DNA of 63,198 nucleotides, counting the filler, from Dugesia japonica (lineage: Eukaryota): NCBI GenBank assembly GCA_001938525.1. It is 6 parts of 6 records of this genome, joined end to end, with 100 filler letters (N's around TTAATTAATTAA, not from the genome) between each part and the next. Parts side by side here need not be neighbours in the genome. Positions count along the whole stretch, not along the records: positions 42,322 to 54,067 come from MQRL01585622.1; positions 54,168 to 63,198 come from MQRL01604666.1; 4 more parts are not named here. The stretch is one strand, 5' to 3'. Of the stretch, positions 49,641-63,198 are shown in pieces (position 1 is the first letter of the stretch; every line of letters starts with the position of its first letter). The translations under genes and the position numbers were made by a program. The notes beneath the pieces are model-generated. The model was given only the letters and a program-made list of their open reading frames with translations. It was not told where the DNA came from and made no database searches.

Positions 49641-52600
49641 CTCTCGACGTGAAAGTCAGACAAAGTATCCAACTTCCGAGATCGGTACTCCTTATTTGAA
49701 GCGTCGAAGCTCGATGTCCGTCCCAGCATATCTACGGAAGATCTTCCACTCCAATAACTACTTCGAAGATTCTTGTCCCACAGTCGATAACGATTTCAAT
49801 CATTTCAGTCATTAGACGATCATTGCAGCTGTCCCTTCAAAGTTGATCATGCTTCTAGTTTGAGCTTACTAATCGCGGGCCCTATTTTCCAAAATGACAT
49901 CCACCATTATGACATCTTTTCCTCGGGTGCCTTCACATATCTATGGTTACGCTCGAATTTACGTTCATCTACGTTCATTTGTCGATCGAATTTTCGTTTA
50001 CCACTCACTTAGGTGGCCTCCCTGTGTTGACTGTCCGATATCCATCCTGCACTTCTTGATAAGGTATAGCAATTTCTCGTCCAAATACATTTCATTGATT
50101 AACCACATTAAATCTGTTCAACTCATTTGCCGCCTCCTCTTCTCCGTAAATTCTATCAGTTTCTCGTCAAAGTCACGGCTCAAAATCATTCTCTCATCAT
50201 CTTTTAATCTCATTATTTTCAGTTACTATTACTCCATTATCGCTACAATATCATTACTACTCCACTTCTTTATTATTGATNAATACCATTTTTCATATCA
50301 TCGCTGCTCAACTCTAGAATACATTTTCAATAAAGTCCATCGTCAATATTAAATATCGTTGTCTTTTATTATTCATCCTCAATTTATGTTTCATTTATTA
50401 GCTCATCGCCTCATCTCGTTTACTTTAATATTATTATTCATTCTGATTCATTATCACCTCACGACAGGATACGTCTTGATCCATTAATTTACTCCCAATA
50501 TTCATTGCTTTACTTTCTCTGCGGAAGTTCCAACCGCAATAGTTCTCTCTTTGCTGCTCATTTACCTTGGCTTTATCATCATCATCATCATCGCTTCTAC
50601 TTTATTCTGCTCTACTTCATTTACATTTAATCATCTCCTCAACTCATTTAGAATTTATAACTCGCCTCGTTGAATTTTATTTGCTCATTCATTGTTGCAC
50701 ATAAGTTTCAATCACACTTCTGTGACTATATTATTACTGATTATTGATTTTCCCCTCCACAAACTCGCTTCTCGATGCAGTTTTCTGTTGCTAAATGCAT
50801 GTTAAAATTTATTCAATACTTGCCTCACCACCAATACACTTTTACTGCTGCACCTTTAGATGCATAAACGTCAAATGTCTATTGACTCACATCCAGTTTC
50901 TATTACTGTTATCTTCGTAGACAACTGACCTGTGAGTCAATTCAATTTCCTCCGCTTTTATCAACAACTCATGCAGATTACTCAACAGATATTCCATGAC
51001 CATCTGCAGCAGTTTGCCTTTGATATTTCACACAAACTGCCCGCCATGTTCATTGTTTATTTGTCGATTCATTGATTACGTGATGTTCAAATTGGGTCCT
51101 TCCGAATGAGAAAAGTTGCGAGATCCTCCTGCTAATCTCACCACTATGCTTACTCGAAACCACTCAATTATCATCTCATTGTCAGTAATTTATTTATTAT
51201 TAATAATTATTTAATTCATTTTTATAGCGGGATGCTTCATACATCTTGGTCTAGATATGCAGTGCGTGTGAGCCCTAATTTCTATCTCTCACTCACCTCA
51301 TAACTACATCGCTTCGTATATTCATCAGTATTATTTATCATTCCCTTATTATTATCGTTATCTCATTTTATATTAAAATTTGCTGATGTTTGATATAAAA
51401 TATTCTCGCTGTCGCATGAAAGATAGTTCAACTCCCCGAGCTCTCTGGCATTTAGCAGCCTGTACATCTCACTCTATTTGTTGACGCTCATCATCATCTT
51501 TGCAGCATCACCAAAAGACACACACAATATCTCGATGCCTGTGTCGAATCGTAATACAGCAATTTTGACGCAACTCTTTTACTCCACTTGTAGCCTCGTC
51601 TAAATTCAACTCTTAATCTTTCACTGCACCTCTACCTACTCGAACTTATCGTTACTCTCTGCACAAAATCTAAACTATGCTTTGCCTGTTTCGTATTATG
51701 TTCCTATTCTCTGCGTGCATTTCGATTGTCTCCTATCATGGTTTATTTGAATGCGTGCTATGTTCCAAACTCTCTGCCTGTCTGTATCAACTGATATTAT
51801 GTACTAAACTAACTCCATACTTTTACTGCACTTTATTTTACCTTGAATAATTTTATTTACGAGAGGATTTTAAATTATCTATATAATTATACGATAATAA
51901 TAAATATACAAGAAAATATCAGAGTCGATTTTTAATTATCTATAAAATCATACAATAAAAATGATAAAACAAATAATGTGTCAAACACTTCCAATGGTAT
52001 TTTGTTTTACTACTTTAATTTCGTTACCATTGCTATACAATTGAAAATTAAATTTAATTAAATTCAATTCAATTATTGTGAAAATTATACGAATAACAAA
52101 AAATTAAATAAAATATCTAAACTCTTCCAGTACTGGTGCGCAATCCTTTTTATTCAAATATTACCCCAAATATGTTAACAAAACTCTTTACACAAAATTT
52201 AAGCAATTCGTTTATAAAGCATTACTACAGACTTTTAATAAAAGCTTTTTACCAAAATACCTTTGCATTTATTTACTAAATTCTTTATTGAAAATTTTAC
52301 TCAATTTGTTTACCAAATTCCTTACTAATTATATTCAATTATATTCGTACGGTAATAACTTAACGTAATTATGATTTTAAATAAATATTGATAAATAAAG
52401 AATCTGAAATTATCAATTTTAATGTACAGTTTCGACGAACATTAATAAAATATTAATGCGCAAATTAAGAGTATTAATCAAATTATCAACCTTACACGAT
52501 TCGAGTGCCATTCCCATTGACAAATTAACTGCATAATTTTTCAAATTTATCTGCATACTTGAAGCATAATTTTAATAGTCAAAGCTATTCAATTACAGCA

Positions 52601-52930
52601 ATAATTTTTGGCAAAATTAATCATTTTCCATTCTAGCATTTTAGCGTATTATCATTTCCAATTTTACAAATATGCATATCCCAATTAGATCTTTCCGCGG
52701 CCTTTATTCGATTGTCAAATTTCATTAATTCATCAACATTCATTTGTTAACCGTTCTCCGAATGTAATTCACACTTTGCATTTTTATTCATTTATAAAAT
52801 TGGTTCTATTCGTTTCACTATACTTGTCATAGTTGTACTATCTTTTTAGTTGCATTGTTGAAAATTATTTTTAACTAGATTACAAAATTTAATAATTAGT
52901 TTCTTGAAAATTAATAGTGTATGAAAGAGA

Positions 52931-53700
52931 TGTAGATCGATGTAGTGTGTTCCCGGCTGAGCCCCCAAAACCCTTGTAGGGTTTTTAGGATTTTCAATAA
53001 TCTAATACTTTAGTTTGTCTAGGGGCATACCTAAAAACTACAAGCGTTTGAGTCACCTCTGTGACATGCCCCTTATTTCCTCAGGTTCAGCGCGACTTTG
53101 TGGTATCACGTCTTAGCACAGCTTTCATGACTTCGATCTAACTTTTCTCTCAGTGCTCAGTATTCCGTCATAGTGATTGTAANNNNNNNNNNNNNNNNNN
53201 NNNNNNNNNNNNNNNNNNNNNNNNNNNNNNNNTCCGTCATAGTGATTGTAAAAATTGAATCTGGCCATACATAACCATTATAAATGAGAAAAACAAACTA
53301 ATGTGATATCGAACAATTTTATTAAACTAATTTTCCGCATCCAAATCAACCGTGGTGTGGTTTACTCTTGACTCCTCAGATGGTTCTCGATATAACAATC
53401 ACAGTGATCGTAAATTAGTAAATNNNNNNNNCTCTCGATCGGCATAAACTTTGATTATATCAGCCATCAAACGGTTGGCTTGTTGTAGGGCCAGCTCCTT
53501 CTCTTTAAGCTTTTGATGTTTGAGATTGTGTTTGGTGGTCTGTGTTTTCAGCTTTAGCACCTCATTTCTGAGCGTCCTACGCTCTTCCTTCCATTTCTTC
53601 TGCATCGCTAGCACGTCCTTCATACTGACCTTACTTTCTGTTGTTTTATCCACTAAATTATAATGAGAATTAAGCAAATGTTGGACACCACTATCAATTG
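52931..53700 (-). mobile_element. Second copy of the orphan-ORF module, next to a possible degenerate family terminus
   Basis: tgtagatcgatgtagtgtg at 52931; homology to 29640-30290. Confidence 0.55.
53399..53677 (-). CDS. Small basic coiled-coil orphan protein
   Basis: MKDVLAMQKKWKEERRTLRNEVLKLK..; homologous relic at 30090-30275. Confidence 0.55.
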   Translation of the reverse strand: MLNSHYNLVDKTTESKVSMKDVLAMQKKWKEERRTLRNEVLKLKTQTTKHNLKHQKLKEKELALQQANRLMADIIKVYADREXXXFTNLRSL

Positions 53701-54611
53701 AATTAGGTAAATAATATTAATATTATTACTAAACTTATAATCGACTGAAATTTAAGCAAAGCCACTCATTTGTTAGAATCATTTAAATACATGACTTATT
53801 ATTGTTTCCCAGTTATCTCCATCTACTTCACCCATAATTACATTATTGATTAATTAAATTTATCTATAAACATTTTAAGTTTTGATCTCGGTAGCAAAAT
53901 TAACACTCAAAGATTATAACACAAATAATTCATAAAAAAATTAATTTCCTTTAACGAGGAACACTGATGACAACACCACTGTTTCTGTAGTATTTTTTAC
54001 TTTACTTGTGACCTACATATCACTCTTTCTAACTCGTATTAACAACAAAACAATTAATGTGAACTTTNNNNNNNNNNNNNNNNNNNNNNNNNNNNNNNNN
54101 NNNNNNNNNNNTTAATTAATTAANNNNNNNNNNNNNNNNNNNNNNNNNNNNNNNNNNNNNNNNNNNNTTTTAAAATTATTAATGCGTTCAGCAATAAGTC
54201 TAAGACTCTTTATGGATGGGTTTCTAATCTTATTTATAAATATGATTATAATGGGTGTAATGCCACATACATGGGATAAACTTTAAATCATATTTGATTT
54301 TTTAAAGTTAAAGTTCAAAAAAAATAGAATTTTTTCAAATTAAATATTTTAATTTGTATTTAAATTGCAAACTTAACAATTAAATTTTAGTTTGCTTTAA
54401 CAATAATATAATTAATATAATTTATAATGAGATCATTTATGATTTTGTTTATTTGTTCTAATTTCATATTTAATTTGTGCGCAAACCTTTCAAATTATCT
54501 ATTTAAAATAAAGTCTTTTAAATCAAAAGTAGTTTTAAAAATTTCATAGAAAAATAAAGTAAGATAATTTATAAAATTGTCATTGCTTAAATTTTAATTT
54601 GTATAGAAAAA

Positions 54612-55289
54612 ATGTCACATCCGAGATCAAGCACCAACTCGTACGTGTCGAAGGAGTTCTCTATTAAATCTCAAATCGGTAGTGAATTACCAACCAATGA
54701 AAGTAGATTTCTTAGCAATGAGTCAGATTCTATGTGGCAGAATAATATTGGCAACAACTCTGCTACTTTACCATTGAGAACTACAAGTCAATACCGATCT
54801 TCTTACAATCGCAGTTCAAATATGAACAGTGCAAGAACATCATCGGTAAATTACGTAACAAATGAGCCAGAATTACAATGGCAAAACAATAGTAATCGTA
54901 TTGAAACTAGAATAATGACAGAATCTCCTAATCACTTATCTGTCTTACAAAATTTGAATTCATCGCAATTATCTCCAAATATCAATGATAATAAAGATCA
55001 ATTCTCGATATATGGTTCATACAAGAAACACATAAGTGAAAAACGAGATAATTCAACAATATATGAATCTGCAAAAGTCACTGAAACTCAACAAATTAAT
55101 TATAAGAATTTACCTGTAAAACAAAACTCAACAATAAGCTATTCTTCGCCTGACTTTGAAGTTCCGATTACTTCTGGACTGACATCTTCGGGATTTTTTT
55201 CACCACAGATTCAACAGCAAAACACTCTGCAAGACCTTCTCTCATTCAATAATAATAATAACAATAATAATATTAATAATAATAATAAT

Positions 55290-55327
<38 letters not shown>

Positions 55328-58141
55328 CGATCAAAGGAAAATAGTCGTTGAAGAAATGCCTATAAAGTCTGAAACACAAAAACAAGCGTTCTCTGCAATT
55401 CCAACATTAACAGAAGCCCCAGTCAATAATAAAATGGAAAAAGATCAAGAAATTAAGAAATTAAACCGAACTATTGATAAACTTAATAATAAAATGAAAT
55501 CTCTACAACAAAATAATGATGAAATGAAAAATCATGTGAAAAATTTATTAAATGAACGAAGAAATTTAATAAAGCAAATAGAAAATTCGGAATTTGAAGA
55601 AATAATTGAAGAAGAAGAAGTTCAAAGAGCCAAACCAAATATAGTTGTAAATGAGAACCAGAATCAACAAAAATCGGTTGGTATTAGAGAGGAAATCGTT
55701 AAAGAAAATTATATAGAGAAACATAAAATCGGTCTTCAAGATCTGCCTAAACATATTCTGAATAATTATCGGCAAGATATTATCGATCAAGAAAGAGAAA
55801 AAATGGAACTCGAAAAACGAACATTAATGAGCACTTTACAGATCCAATATCAACAGAAATTACAATCAATTGAACAGGAGAAAGAGATTCGTAAAACTCA
55901 AGTAAAGCATGTCTCGATTCAAAGCTATAAAAATCGAAGGTTCAATGAAACATCATCGGATGTGAATTTTTCTCGCGCTTCTCCTCAATCAATTGCGACA
56001 GTTTATCAGCCAACAACTTCGTCAAAAAAATCTCAAAATGATATTAAAGAAAAGATTACAAAAAAATATTTCGATTCTACTTCAGATGTTGATTTATCTC
56101 GAGTAGGATCATTTTCCAGATCAATAGTCACTGTCGCACAACCAAACACAGCATCAAAGCAATCACAAAACGAATCAATCGAGGAAACTACTAAAACCAT
56201 TTCTCGAAACGTTTCGAAATCATTGAATGAGTATATGAGAAAATCGGAAATAAAANNNNNNNNNNNNNNNNNNNNNNNNNNNNNNNNNNNNNNNNNNNNN
56301 CTGGAATCTAATGACGCCGAGAATTTATCTAAAGTAATTCGAGAAATTTTGTTAAAGCAAACAAAATCCGTCGAGACTCACTCTCAACAACCGGTTATGG
56401 TAAGTAGACTATCACAAAATGAAAGCTGTGAAAGTTCTAATTCCAAATTGGCAAATGAAACATTCTCCTCTTTCACAAAATCTATTAAAAAATCCCGCGT
56501 ATCGACTACAAAATATCAAGATTCAATTTTAGAGAGATTTATGGATTCATTGAAAACAAACAATTCCGATATGCTTTCATCTTTGATAGAAGAATTGATT
56601 TTCAAACCATCAAAAACTGTTGGTATAAATAGTGTACCAGCCAATTCCAATAAGAATATTCAAACTCAACAACTGAATTTCAATAATATTTCTCATGAAG
56701 TCCACATTGTCGACGAAAAACCGAAAATAGAAAAATCTTCAAAATCCATATCAGCGAAACCGACTATTTTCCATAAAGGAATTCAGCCAGATGAAAAATT
56801 CTACTTTGAAACCGGTACAATGACCGATCATTTGTTTTATCGAAGTCAAGGAGTTAACACATTAAGTGAACATTCAAAGAGTGTTTATTCACCATATTCC
56901 GAGACTGATTCTTTTGTTACTCGTACTTCGAGTCGTAGTGAAGCAAAAAAAGAATTCAAATCCCAAACTGTTATTCAATCATCAACGAATAACTTGCAAA
57001 AGCAATTTCAAAAATTACAAGAGAAAACCGAAATTAAAATAGAACCAAAATCTAAAGATACCGTCGAAGAATGGGAGCAAACTTTTCTTGTTAAAGAAAT
57101 AAAGAATTCAAATACCAAATCGAATACTTTATTTGATAATAGAAAAGCAAATATATTAGAAGAAGAGATTATAAAATCCCAGAGTAATATTCAAGAATCT
57201 ACACCGAAACCAAAAGAAATAATCGAAGAATGGGTACAAAATATCGAAGAAAAGGTCCAAGTTGTAACTGCTCATGTTGATAAAGATCAAAACGTAAAAG
57301 AAGATACACCAACTACTGTAGAATGTTGGGAGACAATATCTAGAATTAAAGATGGAAAACTAATAGAAAAAAAAGAATGTTATCGTGATAAATACGTAAG
57401 TTCTGATCCTGAAGAAATTATTAAACATTTGGAATCACATAGTCACGATCATCATGATCATTCTCATTCTTCAGATTTACAAGAAGTGGAAAAATCTGTT
57501 GAACTACATCAACACGGTCAACATAAGAAAGAAAAATTCGGCGATTACAACGAAAATTTTGTAAATGAATCAAAAAGCATTCCTTCAAATTCGAGTATAA
57601 CTGAAACCAGCTATAGCAAAAACATGAATTCATCGAGTATTCCTATTCAGAAAGGTTTCAATGAAAGGGAAATTTCAAAATTTCGAAGTTATACAAATGT
57701 TACGTCAAATATACCCATCGGCATCTCTCGATATGAAAGCTCATCAATTGTTGATCAACATTCGCCATCAAATTTGAAAGAGAACGTTTCAATTTCCGAA
57801 AAAATTGAGAAAAGTTCTTCATCAAAATCATTCAATTCACCAATCACTTTTTCGGCTTTCTCGTCAACATCAAGCAACATCAAATCAAGAAGCTCACAAC
57901 AAATAGAAATAACATCAAATACCAAACAAAATACATTTACAAAACCAGTGAAAATTGAAAATTCAGAAACAAATCATTCTAGACATGGAACTAATATAAA
58001 TGTGAAAACATTTTCAGAAATCATTCCGAATAATGAAAATAATAATGACTCCAGTGTTATTGGATCAAACAATAGTGCTTTCTATTCTTTATCAGAACTA
58101 CCAAAACCACCGAAGGACAGTCAAAGTTATGATTATCAAGA
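54612..58141 (+). CDS. Large host exon: Ser/Asn-rich disordered protein with coiled coils (KANK-like architecture possible); the gene likely continues after a splice donor
   Basis: 1177-codon ORF in AT-rich DNA; coiled coil EIKKLNRTIDKLNNKMKSLQ; repeated SVGI/TVGIN/KNIQTQ/TGTMT/QGVNT motifs; GA|gtgagt at 58142. Confidence 0.85.
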
Positions 58142-58459
58142 GTGAGTTCTTTAATTTAATTAATTATTTAATTTTTTATTCAATCCTCTTCGTTCCGCCA
58201 CTTTGAAAATAAAATTTATTTTCCTGTTAAAGTCTCACAATAGAATTTCCTATTTTTAAATAATAAAATCTAAAAAGTTTTTCTTAANNNNNNNNNNNNN
58301 NNNNNNNNNNNNNNNNNNNNNNNNNNNNNNNNNNNNNNNNNNNNNNNNNNNNNNNNNNNNNNNNNNNNNNNNNNNNNNNNNNNNNNNNNNNNNNNNNNNN
58401 NNNNNNNNNNNNNNNNNNNNNNNNNNNNNNNNNNTATAATAATAATAATACTAATAATC

Positions 58460-58509
<50 letters not shown>

Positions 58510-61493
58510 NNNNNNNNNNNNNNNNNNNNNNNNNNNNNNNNNNNNNNNNNNNNNNNNNNNNNNNNNNNNNNNNNNNNNNNNNNNNNNNNNNNNNNNNNNN
58601 NNNNNNNNNNNNNNNNNNNNNNNNNNNNNNNNNNNNNNNNNNNNNNNNNNNNNNNNNNNNNNNNNNNNNNNNNNNNNNNNNNNNNNNNNNNNNNNNNNNN
58701 NNNNNNNNNNNNNNNNNNNNNNNNNNNNNNTTGTTATCCAATATCAATAAATAAAACCAAAATTTTGATCAAAGCTTTTATATTAAATGAATTCAATAAA
58801 ATCTACTTTAAAAAATCAACACCAAAATAATTAATATTTAATAATTATCTCTGATAATTTGGTATGAATTTCAAATTTTTTTGTTCAAAAATATGACATA
58901 CATTTGCGAAAAAAGTTTCTTTTCCTTTACAATTACATTCTGCTGAAAATTATTTATTTATAATTAATTTTTTTTGATTTAGTTCAATTAAATTAGTTCT
59001 ATATGAACGACTTATTTAGCTGCAACTTCATTAATCGCACCATGTTTCTGATTTTGGGGTTTTCTTCATCAGCAATGGCTTTTCCAAGACATCACACAGT
59101 TTTTATTAACATCTCTTTTTTGTAAAATCATATTATTTTGATTAACATTTTCCATTTTAAAAAAATAACGGTAAATATTTTATTTTTATTAAAAAATAAA
59201 TTTTTAATATTCAAAATCTCACTTTCATTAAGAAATAATGGCTGTAAAATATATCCATTCATTGAACTGTCAATGTCAATTATACTAATTTAATGATTAT
59301 TGCCAATTTCATGCGTAATTCTAGATAATCTCTGATTTTCTTTCAAATTTATACCATATTTTAGGGCAGCGGGAGTATAATTTAAATGATATATTAACAA
59401 TATATAATTAATAAAATATAAAATCGGTGTTTCTAAAAGAAATTTATATATTATTTGACGATTATTTAAACTTAATATTTTTTTTAAAAATGGTTTGCTT
59501 TTAACAACTCTGACGTGTTAAATTTGATCAAATAAAGTGAAATTAGCTTGAAAAATTCATTTTTAAATTAATATGTATATTTAAGCAAAGGTAAAGGAAG
59601 TAGCTGTCAACATTAAATCTTCTTAAATTTTTATATATATAATATTGATTCTTTTAAATGGCATTTTTTTTAAAAATTGGACCCCTATTGTGGGATTTTA
59701 TTCCTTTCTCTAAGAAATAAAGTTTCCAAATTAAAATAACCTGTAATTTTTGAAAAAAATATGATTTCTAGTTTAATTAGTCTAAGTAGTCAGTGTTTTA
59801 TAATTTGTTAAAATATATAATTTGTTAATTGAGACAAGAAAATAAAACTGATAATAAATCTATTTATTTTGTTTACAGAAAATCACTATTAATTTCTCAT
59901 TGATTTACAGTGGAAAAATGTTTTCAGATAATCAATGATTTAAAGTAATAAAATCACAAACAACATTAATATATATTAAATTTAAAATGTTATTGCATGC
60001 TTGGTTAAGTTTTGTTTGATAGCAAAAGTATAATAAATATTAAATATACAGTGCTTGTAAAAGTATGTATATAGTAGTATTACATAAGAGATTGTCCATT
60101 AATTATGTCAACAATTTTCAGACAACTTTTAATCCTCTCTCCCTTGTCAACAACTGTTAAATATTCAGTGACTGCTCTAATAAAATTAGGTCCACAAATA
60201 ATTACGCCCTCCTCACAAATTAAGAATATTTTAACGAATTTCTTTGATTTAATAAATTTGTCGTAAAAAATAGTTGACGNNNNNNNNNNNNNNNNNNNNN
60301 NNNNNNNNNNNNNNNNNNNNNNNNNNNNNNNNNNNNNNNNNNNNNNNNNNNNNNNNNNNNNNNNNNNNNNNNNNNNNNNNNNNNNNNNNNNNTAACCATA
60401 TTTTATCGAAACTAATAAAGGTCCATGTATTTTTAACCTTTTTACTTTTTTTTAATTAAAACTGCAATTTAACCGGAAAATTACCATCCATGTTTAACTT
60501 GCCAATTTAACTACAAAATGTAAATTATCGATTGTATTTTAATAATTGTTCTATTTTTTGTAATCTGATAAAATAATTTAAAAGAAGAAAATTTCTTTTA
60601 CTGTTGTATATTCATTTACTAGTGTATTTTTATGGGTAGATCTTTTACCAGATCAATAATTTCATATTTAACAATTATGGTAGAGGAAAGATATTCATGA
60701 AAAACCTTTCTTAAAACCAAGTCAAGCTACAAAATCTTATTTAAACATTCTCAGTCATTTAATGATGGAATCAATGCTTTTTGTTATTTATTGTAAATTT
60801 ATAAATGATTTATCGTTAAGTTATTTCTTAGTATAAGAAATTTATTAAAATTAATTATTATTAATTAAAAATTTTGATTAAAAAACTTTGATTTTGTTAA
60901 AAATTATTTACCTACTTTTATAAATTAAGAAATTAGAAAATAACTGAAATAATATATTTAACAAACAATTCCAGTAGCAAACATTGACCTTGATTGAATA
61001 ATAAGCTTGCATAGAATTCTCAAAATACCAAATTAAATAAACAACAATATTTGCTACACACAGAAATCATTCAACTAACAACAAAAAATATAATCGACTA
61101 TCAAATTCTCGAACTTTATCAATCATTTTTGAAATACCTGCTTACTCAAAAAAACAAAAACAAATTACAAATTGACTTTGATAATAATTATTATATTTAA
61201 AGCCAAATGAATTGTTTAATTTTCGTCAATTTCCATTGTTATATGACATTCAAATTTGATCGTTTTCTTTTACATTATCACTTTGATTTTCTTTGTTAAA
61301 AATTGAAAATAAAATCTCGTTTTTATGATTGATTGTCTACTGTCACCACTACGCATATTTAATGCAAATTTGTTTTAATCCATTTACTAATTATTACAAA
61401 ATAGATAATTAAGGTTTAATATATCTACTGAAGACTTTATTAGAAATGTTATAAATATTTATTATGATGATTATGTCTGTTAGAGTTCTCAAA

Positions 61494-61527
<34 letters not shown>

Positions 61528-61974
61528 AGATGAATCTGTAACATTCATCTTTGCATTGAAAAAATTAACACTTTTCATTCCAAGATTTATTCAAGACAAA
61601 ACCAAAACACAACATATCAATTTGTCTTTTCAAAGAAATTAAAAAATTTTATAACTGAGACTTGAAATAAAAAATATTAGTTTATCAAAATATTTTTTTT
61701 AAATAAAATTTCAAAATATTATATCAAAATGTTTTCAAAGGAAAATAAATTTTTATCAGAAATTTAATAATTTCAAACATGTATTTTATTTATGACTATG
61801 AATTATAACTTTTAAATATAACCTTAAATTATAAATTTATAAATTTACCAACAAATTATAAATTTAAAAATTTCTTTTCTTGAAACATTTGATTAAATAA
61901 AATTACAAAAATTATATTTAATTAATTTATTTAATATATTTAAAATTTACTACAAATTATAAATTTAAAAAAGT

Positions 61975-62072
61975 CAATTCCTGATGAAGACAAGGTCGAA
62001 ATATCGAATGGTTTTCCAATATCAATAAAAAAACTAAAATTTTGATCAAAGCTTTTTTATTAAATGAATTCT
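61975..62072 (+). mobile_element. Penelope-like pseudo-LTR dispersed repeat (other pieces 58731-58795 +; 22982-23045, 31381-31430, 33962-34040 -)
   Basis: Shared ccaatatcaataaa..aaaattttgatc(a/g)aagcttt..aatgaa segment; this copy begins with a minimal hammerhead. Confidence 0.6.
61977..62009 (+). ncRNA. Minimal type I hammerhead ribozyme
   Basis: AUUC-CUGAUGA-A-GAC aag GUC-GAAA-UA-UC-GAAU: intact core, 3-bp stem II, palindromic AUAU stem III, 4-bp stem I. Confidence 0.7.
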
Positions 62073-63126
62073 ATCAATTTAAAGTTTAGTTTTTTTGTAA
62101 ACATTAAATATGTAAAATTTTATGTTTATTTCACAAATTTCTTTATGATTTAATTAAAAATATTTAATAAAATAAAATAATTTTATTAATTTCGTCTCAA
62201 TATACAAAAAATTTAAAATTGCTTTTAAAAACTACCTAGAAATTTTCTAGTTATGCCAATGCTTGCAAAAAAACAATTTTTTATTTGCTCATTTTTGTGG
62301 ATTTTAACAAGAATCTTAATTATCTGGGAATGAAGCCCGAATTCTTAATAATTTTAAACACAACTTTTTCATTAACGCTACTAAAATATTCTAAAAAGAT
62401 ATCTTCAATAATTTGTGGTACAGCCTTCATGACAATACATGCGCGACTTTACAGCTCTCAAGAGATTTTCTAGTTAAAAATTATTCATATATTCTTACAA
62501 CGTAAAATAACCACACTAATACTTAAAACAATTAATTATAATTATTCACCAATTTGATTGAAAATAGCTTTTATTAATTAAAACACACATTTTAATCGAA
62601 ATAAGTAAACCAAATAGATTTTAATAATTTATTTGAGAGGAGGGATTCTTCCCTCCAATTATTATTGGAGATAAGATGAGTATATATTTATTGTTTAGTC
62701 AATATCATAAAATTGACAAATGGTTTAATATCTTTACAAGTTGATTTGATCTACCGACGATAATTTTCAATTTTTAAAAGTGAAAATTATTAGCTCTAAT
62801 AATGAAATTGATCAGTTCTTGAATTTATTGTATTAAACTAATATTTAACAATTCATTTCAGCTCAAACACATTCTCACGAACACATCATTATAGCACACC
62901 TATACACACATTGCTAGGTTCTTTTACTATTTCACTCATTATTGATTGACGCTGCATACATCATATAAAGCTTTTATGTGAATAGGTTAAAAATTGTTTT
63001 ATTTTACATATTTGTGGCTCGGATTTTTAAAATTCAATTCAAGGTTTATTTTGGATTAAATGCGTTAATCGAATCGTAAATTTAGTAAATATGTACATTT
63101 ATTGATTGTAATGGTGTTCACACTGA

Positions 63127-63198
<72 letters not shown>

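Noticed and set aside
53163-53251. 19-bp direct repeat tccgtcatagtgattgtaa
   Set aside because: Flanks an N gap; likely unmerged contig overlap.

Overview
Very AT-rich invertebrate nuclear DNA. The ~45-55 nt GT-AG introns, AAT microsatellites and transposon content fit a planarian-like flatworm, but the organism is an inference. The window is six unrelated scaffolds joined by 100-bp N44-TTAATTAATTAA-N44 spacers (9059, 23046, 31452, 42222, 54068), so adjacency across spacers means nothing. Scaffold 1 holds the decaying morphogenetic and integration module of a Polinton/Maverick (adintovirus-like) element: packaging ATPase, a Zn-finger/PLA2/DDE-integrase frame, major capsid protein, an HTH protein and accessory ORFs. 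Scaffolds 2 and 4 hold two decayed protein-primed DNA polymerase B genes and a family of compact 5-6.5 kb units bounded by AGTAGATAG-type termini. These units share a small spliced orphan gene and show no integrase, capsid or ATPase; one is filled with 21/31-bp helically phased repeat arrays. Also present are a decayed Ty3/Gypsy element, a mariner remnant, an RT-deleted RLE (NeSL-like) non-LTR element with a strongly structured 5' RNA, a Penelope-like dispersed repeat with a minimal hammerhead, and a cluster of orphan small ORFs carrying a covarying 51-nt three-way junction. Three host genes are seen: G-alpha exons 1-4, a secreted PAN/C-type-lectin-like protein, and a 3.5-kb coiled-coil exon. 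All family assignments come from motif recognition by eye, not database searches.
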